A DNA stretch of 54,170 nucleotides, filler included, from Dimargaris cristalligena (GCA_003614675.1; 4 parts of 4 records of this genome joined end to end with filler, not necessarily neighbours in it), one strand, 5' to 3'. Numbered from the whole stretch's first letter, positions 22,181-36,723 are shown. Notes: generated by a model from the sequence alone, not told the origin. Numbers and translations: made by a program.

Positions 22181-25100
22181 ATGTCGGCGGAACTACCAGA
22201 CGACGTCAAGGACAAACTTGCCAAATTGGAAAACTACGAGAAGCGATTCGCAGGTAAGCGTGAATTCGATTTTATGGGCCAATTGGTTTATCCAACCACC
22301 TTGCCCCCCCCATGTATAAAATTACTCGTTGGGTGGCAGGTATTAGAAAATGCCCTTCTACACGATCGTTTTACTTCTAGGATATGGTCCCTGTTGGGAT
22401 ATTATTTCATGTTGACGTAAATTAACGTACTATTTTGACTATGCTCTATCCTCCTGGTTCACCTACTAGATCTCATCAAGTCATTCAAGAAACTGACTGC
22501 TCAAAAGAAAGCGGCCGATGCCATTTTGAAGGAGGTCACACCTCTGCGCACTATTGCCGATGCCGAGGCTCTGGAGGCTCACCTAAAGAATCTCAACTTA
22601 AAAACGGAGGTCAGTGAAGCACGTTCATACGACGGCCTTTACTTACAATATTCCGCTGGGGGGTATTGCCACTCAAGTGTTCGATTGTTCAATTCGCATT
22701 GCTCATCATGTAGTTATCCATACCGCTGTATATTCTAAAACACTTCCCTGGTTATAGATGTCCTCAGGTGAAATCAAACGGTTAACCACTGAACGAGACG
22801 GTAAGTGTAACCAAGTCGACTGACCTTACGATATGAGTGCCTTTCAAACATCGTGGGACATTGCTGATTCTGACCATCTTGTCGGTGTCGATTTCATTTA
22901 TATCCTTGCCAATATCTAACCACTAAATGCATACCCTCTCCCTAACCCCCGACACGCACATAATTGTTTAGAGGCCAAAAAGCAACTCAAGGCATTTACA
23001 GAAGAGAAAAAGAAGCAGTCCGAATCGCAGTCGTCACTTAAAAATGAGCTAGAATCCGCTCGAAAGGTAAACCTTAGATTATTGCGTGTAATTTTTGGTG
23101 CTATAGTCCTTTATGTGCCAATTTAATAGTGTCATGTGGTGGTATTATGGGAGAAGCCACTGGATGAATCCCGCTATTTATTAACCTCCCTACCCTCCCC
23201 GTCAACCCCATGTCAATTTAGGCTGTTACTGAGCTTCAAGCGTCGAAGTCGGAGTTACAGCAGTCCCTTGCGGAAGAGAAATCGGCCTACGAAGAAGTAG
23301 CCACGGAACGCCAAGTCGTTCAAGAAAAATGTGCTGAGCTGCAGGATAAATGCGAGACCCTTAGTCGCGAACGGGCTGACGCACACGAATCCTACCAACT
23401 CCGTATCAGTGAACTGCAATCCGAGATCCGGGGCTTAAAGAATCAAGAGGAGATCGCCAGAGCTACTAAGAGTCAATTGGGTGCCTTGCATAGTGAAGTC
23501 AAGGATGCTGTAGGAGGCGAGTCACCCAAATCCGGCGAAGTCGTCGAAGGCGAATCGTCCTCCGCCGCAGTGAATGTGGATGGTTTGTGTCGATCGGTAC
23601 ACCGGGCCCTCAAAAAGATTACGGAGACCCAGGACCAACTTGGTAAGTCTACCCTTCATTCAGATATTTACTTATGCGTCTATACTACCCCGAATGACAG
23701 TATTTGATCAGTGAATGTTACACGAACCCGTCTAACCTACGTTGTTTCGACTGTTTTTATTACGCAATTGTTGGTTTTTTAATAATGGTGTATGCTATAC
23801 TTGCATTGGTTGTCTGGTAGCTACTCTGAGCAACGAGAATGACCACTTGAGCCAGTCATTGCAGGAGGCCCATAAAGAACGCGACGCGCTTAAACAGGAA
23901 GTAGCCACTGCCCGTGAGATGCCATCAGAGCTGACGGCGGAACCCGTCGCTTTGGCCCAGTCTGATGCAGTGCTCGACGATATTACTAGGCTCAGCCAGC
24001 AGTTGGCCCAAATCAAGATGCAGCTATTCGATAAGGCCGGTGTAATTCAAGAGGGCGAGTCTCTTGTGATCGCAGGTGACTCGAAGCCGCCTACCCTGGA
24101 TGCCACGGAATCAGCGACGCGCTCTGACTCTCCAACTCCCGAGCCAGTGGTTGATCCCCAGGAATTGATTGAGCTGCGCCAACAATACGGGGATGCCCAG
24201 CAAACTATACGGAAACTCGAGGATACGGCGGAAGCCCAGCGGGATGAAATCGTGCAGTTGAAGGAATCGTTGGTTGCACGAGCTGACCAGGTGTCCCAAC
24301 TCAAAGCCGACGTCCAAAGCCACCAGGATCGCCAGCGGGAACTTATATCTAGTGCCGAGGCTCTCCAGGGAGCCATAGACACCAAAGTGAAGCAACTTAA
24401 TGCCCGCGAAGGCGAGATCAAGGACCTGCAGTCTCAAATCGAGACACAGTCCACGCGGCAAGCCGAGCTGGAAAGCCGGATAAAGGAAGAGCAAGCGACT
24501 CAGAAAACAGCTGAGGGCCAATTGCGGGAGCTCCAGACTCAACACGACCAAATCGAGGAAGTCATGGTTAAGCAGAAACAACAGCTCAACGCAACACGGG
24601 AGCACCTGGAAACCTCGGAGGAGAAGGTGATGACCCTAACTGACCAGCTCGAGCGCTCCCAACGGCAGGCCAGGCAGCAGACTACCGAGTTACAGCAGAC
24701 CAACGACGAGCTCAAGAAGGCCCACGGTCGACTCCACCAAATGGAGAAGGAGGTGGAGAATATCCACGCCAACAACCGGAAGCAGCTCGACGAAATGGCC
24801 AAGAAGAACGAAAGTCTGTCCAAATGCCGGGAATCCATGGAGTCCCAACAGTCGGAGTTCAACCAGACCCGGGAACAGCTGGAAAACATTCAGGCCGACC
24901 TGACCACCTCCCGGCAACTGTTCGAGGAAAAGAGCGCTAAGCTGGACCAGACCAAGACCCGCCTCCACGAGACGGAAATGGAACTCAAACAGGCCTTGGC
25001 TAACCTGGAGCAACTGCGGTCCGAGTCAACCCGACTTCAACAGGTACTGCGCGATGAGCTGGCTCAGCACCGACAAAATGCGATCCAGGCGGTCAATACC

Positions 25101-26009
25101 GTACGCCAGGAGCTGGCCGACCGAACCGAGGAACTCCATGCTTTCCGGGCCGAAACCCAGCCGAAGCTGGGACTACTCCATCAGGTCGAATCGGAGCGGG
25201 ACACCCTGCAGAACCAGCTGGGGGTATTACGGGCCACCATCCAAACATTAGAGGACGACGCGGTGCAGCAGAAGTTAGAGATTGAACAGCTGCAGGGCAA
25301 ACAGAAACAGTGGGTCAATGCCAAACGGGCGCAGGAGCAGGCCATGAACGACCTTTCCCTGCGCGAGTCCCACTGGCGTAAGGTCAACCGCGACTTGAAG
25401 GAGGAAGTCAAGCGGCTTCAGCGAAATGTCGCCGGCGGGTCCCTGTCTTCGTCGACAACCGCTGGCGGCGCCGGGCTGGGCCGGGGCGCCGATCGGTTCG
25501 GCGGAAGCAGCGCCAGTTTAGCCGACCGGGCCCTCTCCCCCCAGCTAACGCTGTCCCCTCGCCTCCGCCCCGGCCACTCCCACATGGGTCCGAGCCCGGG
25601 ACTGGAGTTCGATAGTCGTCGGTCTTCCACCAATTCCCCGGGCGGGGCGTTATCCCCCTCCCCCGAGCACCGGCCCAACGGCATGGACGATTCTCTCCGA
25701 CCCCCTCCCACTCCCCCCCGCCAAAACCACCGGGACGGCCGGGACGTTACACCCGTGGGGGAACCGATGCTCCACGCCCATTCCACCCCCACCGCGTCAC
25801 TTCACGGAGCGGCGGGTGCTACCAGCACCGCGTCCAGCCCCACCGGACGGGGCCACCGGGACTCCGTCGACGACGTCAACCTAGAGTACATCCGCCACGT
25901 GGTGCTTAAATTTTTGGAGCAGCGCGAACATCGGGCTCAGCTTATCCCGGTTTTAGCCTTGTTATTAAAGTGCAGTCCGGAAGAAGTCCATCGATTAAAT
26001 GGCAGCTAA
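22181..26009 (+). CDS. IMH1: GRIP-domain golgin, Imh1-like; exons approx. 22181-22253, 22470-22609, 22759-22800, 22972-23066, 23222-23641, 23821-26009
   Basis: Spliced N-terminus ELPDDVKDKLAKLENYEKRF..EVTPLRTIADAEALEAHLKNLNLK resembles fungal Imh1. Long coiled coil; C-terminal GRIP VNLEYIRHVVLKFLE..LIPVLALLLKCSPEE. GT-AG junctions. Confidence 0.88.
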
Positions 26010-26972
26010 ATGCCAATTAACCGAGAGGAGCTCATCGCCAAATATATTACCACCACCTTCTCCCTTTTCTTTATATATACATATTCACATATATACATTA
26101 TTGCCGTTAATACATGCTTTACCCCGTTTTTGCAATTAGTGCAACGTATGGCGGTCGATACTATTCCAGGTCTTTGAAGTCGGGCTCTCCTATATTACCG
26201 CATTGCTCTCCCTAATTATATCCGTAATTCCTTCGAGTTTTCCTCTTTTATTACTATATATCTTAATACCAGCGCCACTGTTTTTTTTTTCATACCTGGC
26301 GAATCCGAAGACCTGGCACATTATTATCGATAATCTAAGCCGGTGCCATTTAGGCTGCACTGAAATAATAAAAATATACCAATTATCCCAGTCAATAATG
26401 GGCCTATTTAGTAGACTATTGAATGCCCTCTGAATAACAAGTATCCAACGTCCACTGCCGAAGGGTGATTACGTATCCATTAGTTTAATAAGCAATTGGC
26501 TGACGGGGTTGTATTATTTCCCATTAAACCAGCACGGGGATGACCGTACTCCAGAGGCCATGTATTGCATATTTTAGCTGATTGCCCGTCTTTATGCAAT
26601 GGCGGCTATTCACCGCTAAGCTGCTCTGAATTGGGACATGCATGCTGTAAAGGCCATACTGGTAATTTGAATTGATATTACTGGTACTTATTCTGGGTTA
26701 GTCAGGATGCCCCTGATGGAAATTATCAGGCGAATTTAAGTGGTGGAGCCACACCTTACCACTGAAACATATCCCCTATATACTAATACCAAACTAGGGA
26801 AGTCAAGGCTTCTGCACTCATGACTGCTATTCCACCTTTTCCTTAACTTTATTATATACTTCACCTTAGCTCATTCACCTTTGAGACCTACTTTCTTTTC
26901 GGGTATCGGGGCTCGTCTTTCCAACATCTCCCATTCAAGCCGCCGGCCTGTCACTAATTCGTTCTGATCGCC

Positions 26973-27127
26973 ATGAATGTGCTCGTCTACACCGGCGAAG
27001 GGGCCGCCCGTACCTGTCTGGAGCACACCTTCTACTCCCTACACCAGGTGCTAGGCCATTACTACGCCGTTATCCCCGTCACCGCCAAGACCCTACAGGA
27101 CGAACCCTGGGAGTCCAACACGGCTCT
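26973..27127 (+). CDS. BPL1: Biotin-protein ligase N-terminus (truncated at contig end)
   Basis: MNVLVYTGEG..HYYAVIPV..LQDEPW matches the fungal Bpl1 N-terminus (MNVLVY.G.G..YAV..V..L..EPW). Confidence 0.88.
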
Positions 27128-27227
27128 NNNNNNNNNNNNNNNNNNNNNNNNNNNNNNNNNNNNNNNNNNNNTTAATTAATTAANNNNNNNNNNNNNNNNN
27201 NNNNNNNNNNNNNNNNNNNNNNNNNNN
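27128..27227. other. Artificial contig linker
   Basis: N-run + TTAATTAATTAA + N-run, 100 nt. Confidence 0.98.
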
Positions 27228-30200
27228 AAGGGAGATTGACTGACTGATAATACATTTGTCATAACCGTTGAAATAGAACTTGGTAGATAGTAAAGTATGT
27301 ACAATGCGCAAGCTATCAATGGTGACGATACTTGGAGGGTCGGGATTCACTGAAGAAGCAAATGCCAAGCTAAAGTCCGCAGAGTTTTCCGGAGGCTGAA
27401 ATTGGTGGAGAAATTGAGCATTGCTAAACATGCACTCTTCAGTCCCAGATACGCTAATTATAGGTATATCAGTAGCCATGTAGGGTTGAACGGTTTTAAA
27501 CAGAGTAGACGATACCCATGCGAATTGAGCAGTAGCTAATTGAATGTGGGTCATCAGTTGATCAATAGGGTATGATACCGATAAGGGCAGCAGCTGGGCG
27601 CCTAGCTTTATTGCTGCTACGAGGCAAATGGTCAAATCGTCAAGAGAGTCCAAGTAGGCCACAATTGAGGTGGGCCGAACGACAGAGGCTTCGGTGGTAC
27701 GATTGACCAACGTGTCCGCCAATAGGTCCAATTGAGAGCAGGTTAGCTCGCCATTTTCACTCTGGTTGACAAGGCGAGTCAGGCCGTCACGGACTATACT
27801 ATCCCACATGTGAAGCAAGGCATGTGTGGAAGTGGGTAGACTAGTATCGACCACTGATTGAATAGCTGCTTTTGGAGAAGTGGTGATGGCTGGGGAAGTA
27901 AAGACTAAGTCACTTGGGAAGGTATCTGGCTGGGCAGCTAGGATTTGATCCAGAACCAACCGGAGCATATCCATTAACTGGCGGATGGAACCCTCGCAAT
28001 ACGTACCCGAGTTGTAGAAGACTTTAGCCTGAATGCAGGTGGGCTGCTCAATAAAATCCACTGCTAAGGGATACTCAGTAAATTCGTGGACCTGCACGTC
28101 GGAAAGGGCTAGATCATGTAAAGAGTCGGCCATAAATTCGGGAAAATTTTCGAAGCCCAGTAGAGTATGGAATAACGGACCGCCGTGGCTGGTTTTGACG
28201 TATTGATTAATATGTGTTAAGAGCGTGTGTTCATACGGAATCATGGCGATTTGGGCCGAATGAAGAGACTGCAACCACGGGCCAAGGGGGAAATTCCCCA
28301 AGCGTACTCGGAATGGCAAGGTGTTGGAACATGGCCCGATAATTTGATCTACAGAAGGAAGACCCAGACTACGCCCGGCTACCGTAACGCCAAATACCAC
28401 ATCATCTTGCCCAAGCAAACGACCTAAAACCACAGCGTAGGCGGCCCGGAACAAAGTAGCCTTGGAGACCCCGAACCCTTGCGCACATTGGGCCAAATGG
28501 GCTTTGGAAATGCCAAACGTACTTTCATAAACGGCTGCTCCCGAATTTCCGATATAGCCAGGGAAGAGCAGTGGGGCGGGTGTGGCAGGGGCATTCACAA
28601 GATTTTTGGACCAATACTCCCGGGACCGTGTTGCTTCAAGTTGTTGAACATGGCTAACTAAATCGGTGAAGGTTGTCTGCCTTGGGGCGGATAGCTCTTC
28701 CATCTGGTGGTAGATGGCCATCCACGATTGGAGTAAAAGGTGGAGCGACCATCCATCAATAAGCGAATGGTGAATAGCAACGACAACATCGTGAGCTAGA
28801 TGGTCGGCCGTGGGGATGAGGAAATTGTGGATCATATGATCCTGTATAGTGAACCCTTTCTGACGATTACGGGTAATGAGTCGGTCGTACGAGGCAACAG
28901 GCTCCTTGAGAACTGTCCAAGTGGTGGGACATGTGCGAAGAACAGCTTGGATAAAGCCTTGTGAGTTTTTAGTCGATGACTCAAGAAACACGGTACGCAA
29001 AATAGAATTCTGGTCGGCGAGAGTATTCCAAGCACTAATCAGGCGATTAGTGTCCAAGAGGCCCGTGAGCTTGAGAGTCATTTGGACAAGGTAGGCCGAT
29101 GGATCCGTGGCTAGTCCCAAAAGCAATCCACCCTGGACCCCAACACATGGCAACAGAGTCTCCACTTGATTCATGGAGATTTGGCGCCGACGGAGCTCGC
29201 CAGTGACCTCCTGGAACTCAGCATCGGTAAGCGGGATATGAGTAAAATCGAACCGGGTTATAATGGGGTCAATCACCGCTGGTTTGGACAGTTGAGGGAT
29301 ATCGGCAAGGGAAACCAGATTTTGGCGCCACAGGGACATGATTTGGGAAATGATATCCTGGTGGTAAACTCTCGGATTATATTCCATGACCAATCTTAAG
29401 GCGTCGCCGACCAACGTAGGGGTCGGATTGATATCGTAAATAACATGGTCCTTAGGGTCTAAATCATATAACCCAAAATCATCCGACCACTCAATCGACA
29501 GAATATCGTCAGTTGGACCGTCGGTGCGATTAAAGCGGCCAAAATAATTGAACTGCACATCCATTCGGTCGGGGGTCTTTGCATGAAGCTTTGCTCGTCC
29601 CTCAGGGCTCACACTGGGCATCGTCTTGAGTAAGGAATACGGGAACCCTTTGGACGGGATTTGCTGAAGGGATTCCTTGGTGTGACGAAGTAGGTCTAGC
29701 ATGGACTGATCCGGTTGAACACGGAGCACTAAGGGGTACAGTGCCGTAAACCACCCCACCGTGCGGGTGATATCTTGGTTGGGAGACCATGGTTCGCGCC
29801 CATGGCCCTCCATGCAGAAGGATACAAGACCAATGCCTACAGTATCTGCAAAGGCCCGGGCGAAAGTGGCCAGGAGAACGTCCCTCGGGGTAACACGCCA
29901 CTTTGGTGCCAACTGGAACAGCAAGTGGATGGTGAACTCCGAATCAAACTCAAAGGTTGTGGAAAGTCGGGCCACCTCGGCACTAGAGGGATTCAGTTCG
30001 GGTACGGGTAATAGTTCCCGAAGATCAGGAAGCCGTGTGCTAGGCTCCACTTGGTTGGGCCAAACATCGGGTGTTAAGGTGTGGGCGTAAGCGACCAGCT
30101 GGCTTGTCCAGGATTGAAAAGACAGGGTCTTTGGCGGGAGGGAGTCACCACGCAATAAAGAGTTGAGGTCCTCGGTTATGATCCGCCAAGATATTAAATC

Positions 30201-33170
30201 TACTAGGGCATGGTGGATAGCGATGAATAGTCGAGCACTAGCCAGATTCTCTGGGTGGTGGATGAGTGCTGCTGCCAGAAGAGGCCCTGAAGTAAGGTTA
30301 AAACTTGACTGAACGCCTAAGATGAAGTCAGGCAATTCTGCAGCTGCCACGACCTTCTCTATTACCAAATGGTCAGTCGCCGTGGCTGTACTCGTGGGAA
30401 TGGATTGCAACCACTTGTTTGTATCCGGATTGTAGTGGAACCGGGCACGCAGAATGTCATGGTGGTTTACAAGAGTCACTAAGGCATCCGCGAGGGCTGC
30501 CAAGGACAGTGGAAATTGCGGATTTATCTTGTAAGTAAACGACTGGTTAAAGTGGTGGGGATTGCGAAGGGGAAGTTCCATAAACCAGCGTTGGATGGGC
30601 GCGAGGGCTACCTCCCCCTGAATCTGCCGTTGGTAGGTGTTGCCATTCCCAGTGGCACGATAGTCAGACTTCCGGGCCTGTTGGGCCATCTGGCCCAACT
30701 CAGGGTATTGGTAAATCAGGGGCACCGTCAGGTGATAACCACTCTGCTGGCATTTAGACACCAACAATATCGCTGAAATGGAATCACCCCCAATTCGAAA
30801 AAAATGGTCGGACGGGCTAATTCGACTGGGGTCTAGTTGTAGTATTTGTGCCCAGGCCAGACGAAGGTCGTGTTCGGTGTCAGTTTGAGGTATCGAGTCG
30901 CTGTTGAAGTTGGTATCAGGGGTCGGCAATGGCCGCATAAGATGGCCAATAGGAGGAAGCGTTTTACGGTCGAGTTTTCCGTTGGCAGTGGTTTTAAAAT
31001 CAACCACCGGTACCAATAGCTCGGGAACCATCTGCTTGGCCAAACTGGCTTTCAAAAAACCGGTTAATGCGTTTTGGTCGAGACCAGCTGGACTGACATA
31101 CAGAACCAGTACATCATCGGTGATGGTAGCCACACAGTGCTTCAAACCGGGAAATCGGTAGGCCGCAGTTTCAATCTCCTCGAGTTCGATTCGGTACCCA
31201 CGCAATTTTACCTGATTGTCCATACGGCCCAGGTACTCGACCGATCCATTAGAGAGCCAGCGCACGTAGTCCCCCGTGCGATAGACTCGACCAGGCCCGT
31301 GAGGATTGGCGATGAATTTTTCACTGGTTAGTTCAGGCAGGTTCTGGTACCCCCGAGCCACCCCGATTCCACCGATCAGTAGTTCACCGGGGACACCAAC
31401 AGGCACCAACTGGAGTTGATCGTCGACAATTAAATTAAAGTTATTCCGAATCGGTCCACCGATGGAGATGTCATCGGTGGGTCCAATAATTGCCAAATTG
31501 GTGAATGCTGTGGTTTCGGTTGGCCCGTATAGGTTGGCTACCGTACACCGATCGGACCACCTGGCTTGTAGTTCCGGGGATAAGTACTCACCGCCACATA
31601 CAATAGTGCTTAACTTCGGCAAATCAGTGGGGTTAAGGCGCATCAGAAAAGAGGGGACGAAACATCCTGCAGTGGCACTTCTCAGGTCACTCAGAATATT
31701 AACACTGGGTATTACCAGAGTGCCCCCTGCGCACAGGCAGTGAAATATTTCGTACACGATGCCATCAAAGGCAACCGAAAACATCATGACAATGCGGCTT
31801 CCCGGCCCGTGGGCCTCGCGTAAATTGGGATCGGTGGCCACGTTCATCACACTCCGATGCTCAACCATCACCCCCTTGGGGCGGCCCGTTGTACCCGAAG
31901 TATAAATGATGTACGCCAAGTCATTAGGGGCAGAGGGGTATGGCTGGAAACTAGAAAGGCCAGAGTCGGGTGCTAAGTGGATGAACTGATCCACTGACAT
32001 AGTTGGTAGACTGAGCTGAGGCGGTAGGCGAGCAAGGGTGGGCTCAATGACCAAAACAAGGGACGCAGCACTGTCTTCCAAGATATATTCAATGCGATCA
32101 GTGGGATAGTCAGGGTCGATGGGTACGTAAGCGGCGCCAGACTTCAGTATAGCCAATAGGGTAATGACGTAAGTAATTGATTTAGGGATCACCAGAGCGA
32201 TTCGAACTTCGGCTAGGGCCCCGTACTGATGGGTAAGAACGCGGGCCAACTCAGAGCTGCAGTAGTCCAGTTGCCCATAAGTGAGTTCCTCGGCTTCTTG
32301 AACCAGGGCCACGGAGTCCAGATTACAATGGGCGTATTCGCTAAATAGTATGTGAACAGAATGCCGCACCCCCTGAATTGGCTTGCCCATCCGTGAAAAT
32401 GCCAGCAAGCTGGCGCGTTCCTCATTGCTAACCCAGGGGATATCGCGAACTTTAACCGGTGGTTGGTTTCGGTCTTTAGCGCTGTAAACTTGAATCACCC
32501 CACCCAGAACTGTGTTGAATTGGCGAGCAAACTCTTCTATGGCGGAGGCCCGGTACACTGACCGGGAGTAAGTCAGGTTCAGGGCTACCGAGTTACCCGA
32601 AAATGTAAACCCCACCAGCAAGCGGGAGCCGGACAGACCCAAAAGTTTGGCCGAGGTATTCTTGGCTTCATGGAAACCAGCCTTGGAAAGAATGCTGTGT
32701 GATGGCTTGGAAGACCCATTAGTACATTTAGATCCAACCCAATGGAGAAGCACATCCACAGAGCCGTAGCAATTATCAACTAATTCTGCGCTTTGAAGGT
32801 CACATTTGGAAGGTATCCCGGCTCTCCCACAAAGCTCTTCGTGTAGATTACGTAATGAATTTACTGGTACGTCGGGATGGACCCGAAATAATACTACGGA
32901 TATCGGTGCTGGGTTGACCACATCGTGTTGGACCGGCTTCTCGCGAGCTGGGCCGTATGAGCGGCCGAAGGCCACCGCCGGTTGCTTATAGTAGCGACTA
33001 AGCACGATAGCGAGGGCCCTCATTATGGATATATCCGTAATAGCCTTAGGGGTAACTTCGATAACCTCGCTCTGAATAGTACAAGTGTATGTCTCAAAGC
33101 CGGTTAGGGCTAGGCGAGGCTTGCCCAGAGGAAGCCCCAATTTAGGGCGAAATTCGTCGGGAAACGACAT
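27228..33170 (-). CDS. Non-ribosomal peptide synthetase: partial C-A-T-E-C-degenerate A (3'-truncated)
   Basis: A domain: LAYIIYTSGTTGRPKG, NLYGPTET, YRTGD, QVKLRGYRIELEEIE, NGKLDR. T domain: FFRIGGDSI. E domain: PIQRWF, HHALVD, EGHGRE, RTVGWFT, FNYFG. C domain: HHSLIDG. Intronless, about 1980 codons. Confidence 0.96.
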
Positions 33171-36100
33171 AATGAACCTAATATTAGTGGGGAATGACAG
33201 GGATAGGGAGTCAAAATTGACGAGGGGTATGTGACAACTTGGGTTTGTGAGGTTAAATGGTTATAAAGAATACAAATAAATCTAATTGAATCTGGCGTAC
33301 AAAATAGGTATATCAAAATGGTGCATCGCTGGATCCGATGGATAAAAGTACGACGTGTAGACACCGCACCTAGGGTACCAGCTGTCCATTATATACCCTG
33401 AATTTGTTCATTCTCGGGTTGGGAATAAATTGCCTCCGATAGTATAGTGTCGGGGTATTGTTGCCAAGGGAAATTTAACGCAACGTAATTACAGCTGACC
33501 AACCTGATACACCCCTCCCCTTCCCCTCGCCATTCCTTGTGCATATTTCATTTATTTTGCATGCCAGCCATGACCACCGGAAATACGAATGTGGGACAGC
33601 CATAAAGGCTAAAAAGAGAAATCCATTGCGCAAATGATAACAGGGTTTCCCCGTGCCAATCGCCCTTCGTGATTGCCTGAGCTCCATAAATACCCGCTAA
33701 TAAACAGCAGGGGTGGGAAAGGACTAAACCATACCACCAATGGCAAATACAGTCAAAGTAACCTAGCAATGTAATTCCAGAGCCACACGCGGTTGGCAAA
33801 TAATTTCCAGGGCCGTATATAGCCTAGAATCTATTCTACTGCCATGGTTAAAATGTTGCAAACAACTCCTTACAAGGCCCAGCCTCGATTCACTTTCGGT
33901 ATTCCGCCACTCGGTCACATTTCAGCGAAAAAAAGAGCGGTTCTTTTTATAAAGAACAAACGCTCCGGTCGAAATGTATCTACAATTAGAATCTTTAAAT
34001 GAAAATGGGCCTTCGAGTATCCCTCAAAACCAGACAGGGATGTGAATATTCCTGGTTTCGATTTCAGGATATAAAAAACGGGTACATCTTTATCCATCAT
34101 GTAATACAGTGCGCCACCATTTAGAAACAACCACATTGGGCCTACTTTTACCATATAATCAACTTATTACTATTGTAGGCTAGCTTACTTGAACCACATA
34201 AAGCGGCTTGGCGCGGACCAATCGAAATCCAGTGAGGGATAAAGGGGAATATGTAAGGGAACAATACACCAGCCCAATATACTTATTACATATCACCAGA
34301 ATAAAAAAATCAAGTGGGATGTAGGGGGGCTACATCTTGGGGGAAAATCTCTTACTAATGGCAGTGAGCTGTGAGTCGCGTTTTGGCAATATTAAAATCT
34401 GATATCAGCATTGTAGCTCTTTGGCCAGCCTTATTAAAAACAATATGACAAAATAAACTCTGAACCCCTCCTCTTTTTTTAGAGGTATGTGACTACTTAC
34501 AGACGCCCATTACTGCATACCCCTATATCCAGCCCCTTAGGCTGTCTTCTTGCCCCAGGAAAGTACATTTACCGATCTCTCTGGTTTTTCTTACTATGAT
34601 TCACCTATCACTAAGCGACTATACCTTCAGTAGATATGAGGCCGCGCCTATAGTCGTCTATTCACCAATTTACATTACTTTTTTAGGAATTTAAGCATCG
34701 ATTTGGCTGTAAATATGACTAGTATTCAGGCACTCCCGCATATACCATCCTAGGCCAACGCGATTCAAGGTGATCCAACTTTTCTAGACAGGATCTTATA
34801 AGTCTACCCGTAATAATCTTATAAACCCAACCCTCTATAGTGTACGATGTTAAATATATCTTTTTACGACAGGCAGATATACCCAACGTGTTTTTTCTTC
34901 TCACCGATAGGACCCATTGAATCCATAACCTATTTATTATTAAACTTGGTCCTTTAAGCAGCACTGGAGTATAGCCCACGACCTATAATACAGCATAGAT
35001 ATTTTCGTCGATATTTTTCACAAGTAGGTTGCAGCATAATATGCGCACAATGCCTGTCCAAACCGGATGATCAGAAGGCAGTCTGTATTAGAGAGCCAAG
35101 CCACTATTCCCAGCGGAAAAGAAATTGTTAATTGCCGGATTTCAACGGCTAAATCACACCCACGTAGATATAATCAAGCCGTGTCAATTAAACTGGAAAA
35201 ATGTGGCATCCCTGTTTATGGACTTTTTATTTGGACTCTAGTGCTGGATTACGGTTCGTTACCCGCCTTACAATATATGCAAAGAAACCAATCGGGAGTA
35301 AGGGGTCTTTTCCGATCCCAAGAAGGAACTCGGGGAGGTTGATGGCAGAACTTTGCACTTTAGCTACTTAGCTGTTTTTTTTCCTCATTCTACTGGCCAA
35401 TTCCCAACCAAAGACAGCCTATTTCCAGAATTTCTATCACGTGTACCAGTGCAAATTAATTGAAACACCTGCAAATGGCGAATGTTAACGGCCACCTGCC
35501 TATACATAATTGTCATATAAGGGAGTGGCGGAAGAAAGCACTTTTTGCCACCTAAGGCTGAACCGGACTGGTATCTGCCCTACTGGTATATTATAATAGA
35601 GGTTATGAGATGGCACTACCCGATTACAGAAGGGCCTGGGCCGGATACTGAAACAGGCGAATCTCCTTTCCCTCGGTAGGGGGTTACGATTATCCAGTCT
35701 CCGAGAAACACTCTACTCATCAACCTTAATTCAATGGAAGGTTGTAGTTTTAGGGAGAGTGTCCGTGTATAAATATATACCTGTATTACCAGACTAAATA
35801 CGCCGGTGCTACCCGGGTATTTTTACTCTCTCTTTGCATACCCCATTCCCCAAGGGTGCGGCGGGATTTGCAATATTGGACTTATTATTCGATAACGGTA
35901 TCCGAGATAACCGTATAATTTGCCATACGTAGCCCGCCCCCTTATACGTTTGTCACTGTTATCTCCCTTTTACTGTATGCCTATATTCTAGATGGTTTAA
36001 TAGTTTCACCATAATATCCCTGTAAGTCCCCAGAGACTCCGCTAAACTAGAATGTTAGAAAGTGTTCTAGAAGTATACTACCAGTCGCTCTCACTTATTA

Positions 36101-36723
36101 CCTGTCCTATTTTTTAATTCACCGAGTTTAATATTCGTATATTATACTTAGCATGAATAGTGATACATTCCTATGGTAAGTATTACCCAGTGGCATGATA
36201 TTACCAGACCGAATATGAAGCATATGTATGTATGTATACCTAGTGTATAGCCCTGACATACACCTTACATTTACTGCCCCTCCTACCAATTATATTCATT
36301 ACCCCCTTTATTCACGCATGTCTAGTTTTTACTCTACATGTGCTTATAATTGAAGGCCGCATTATTATATTCTAACGTGACATGATTATAACACAATGGC
36401 GTTTTCTGATTTGGAAGTGATGACGACTTTCAGAAATAAATTATATCATATTATAGGTTGGGTAAGCGGTGCTGAGCCAGAGAAACGATTTTATTATAAC
36501 TATATGAGCTTTGAGCCTGCCTCGTTGGAACTCTATCACTATCCTAAATAAATCAATATATTTAAACAGATATTGATTTTTATTATGGAGTATGATACAA
36601 CTTACCGGGTGTACGCAATAGTAGGATTTGACTTAAATAGGGAGGGAGGTCTGAAACCAAACTCTGGTATTGGCAGTATCTACCAGTAGACAGTGCAATT
36701 TGGAGATGGCAAAGGGGATACAT

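Noticed and set aside
26973-33170. BPL1 adjacent to the NRPS as a possible cluster
   Set aside because: They are separated by an artificial linker and are on different contigs.
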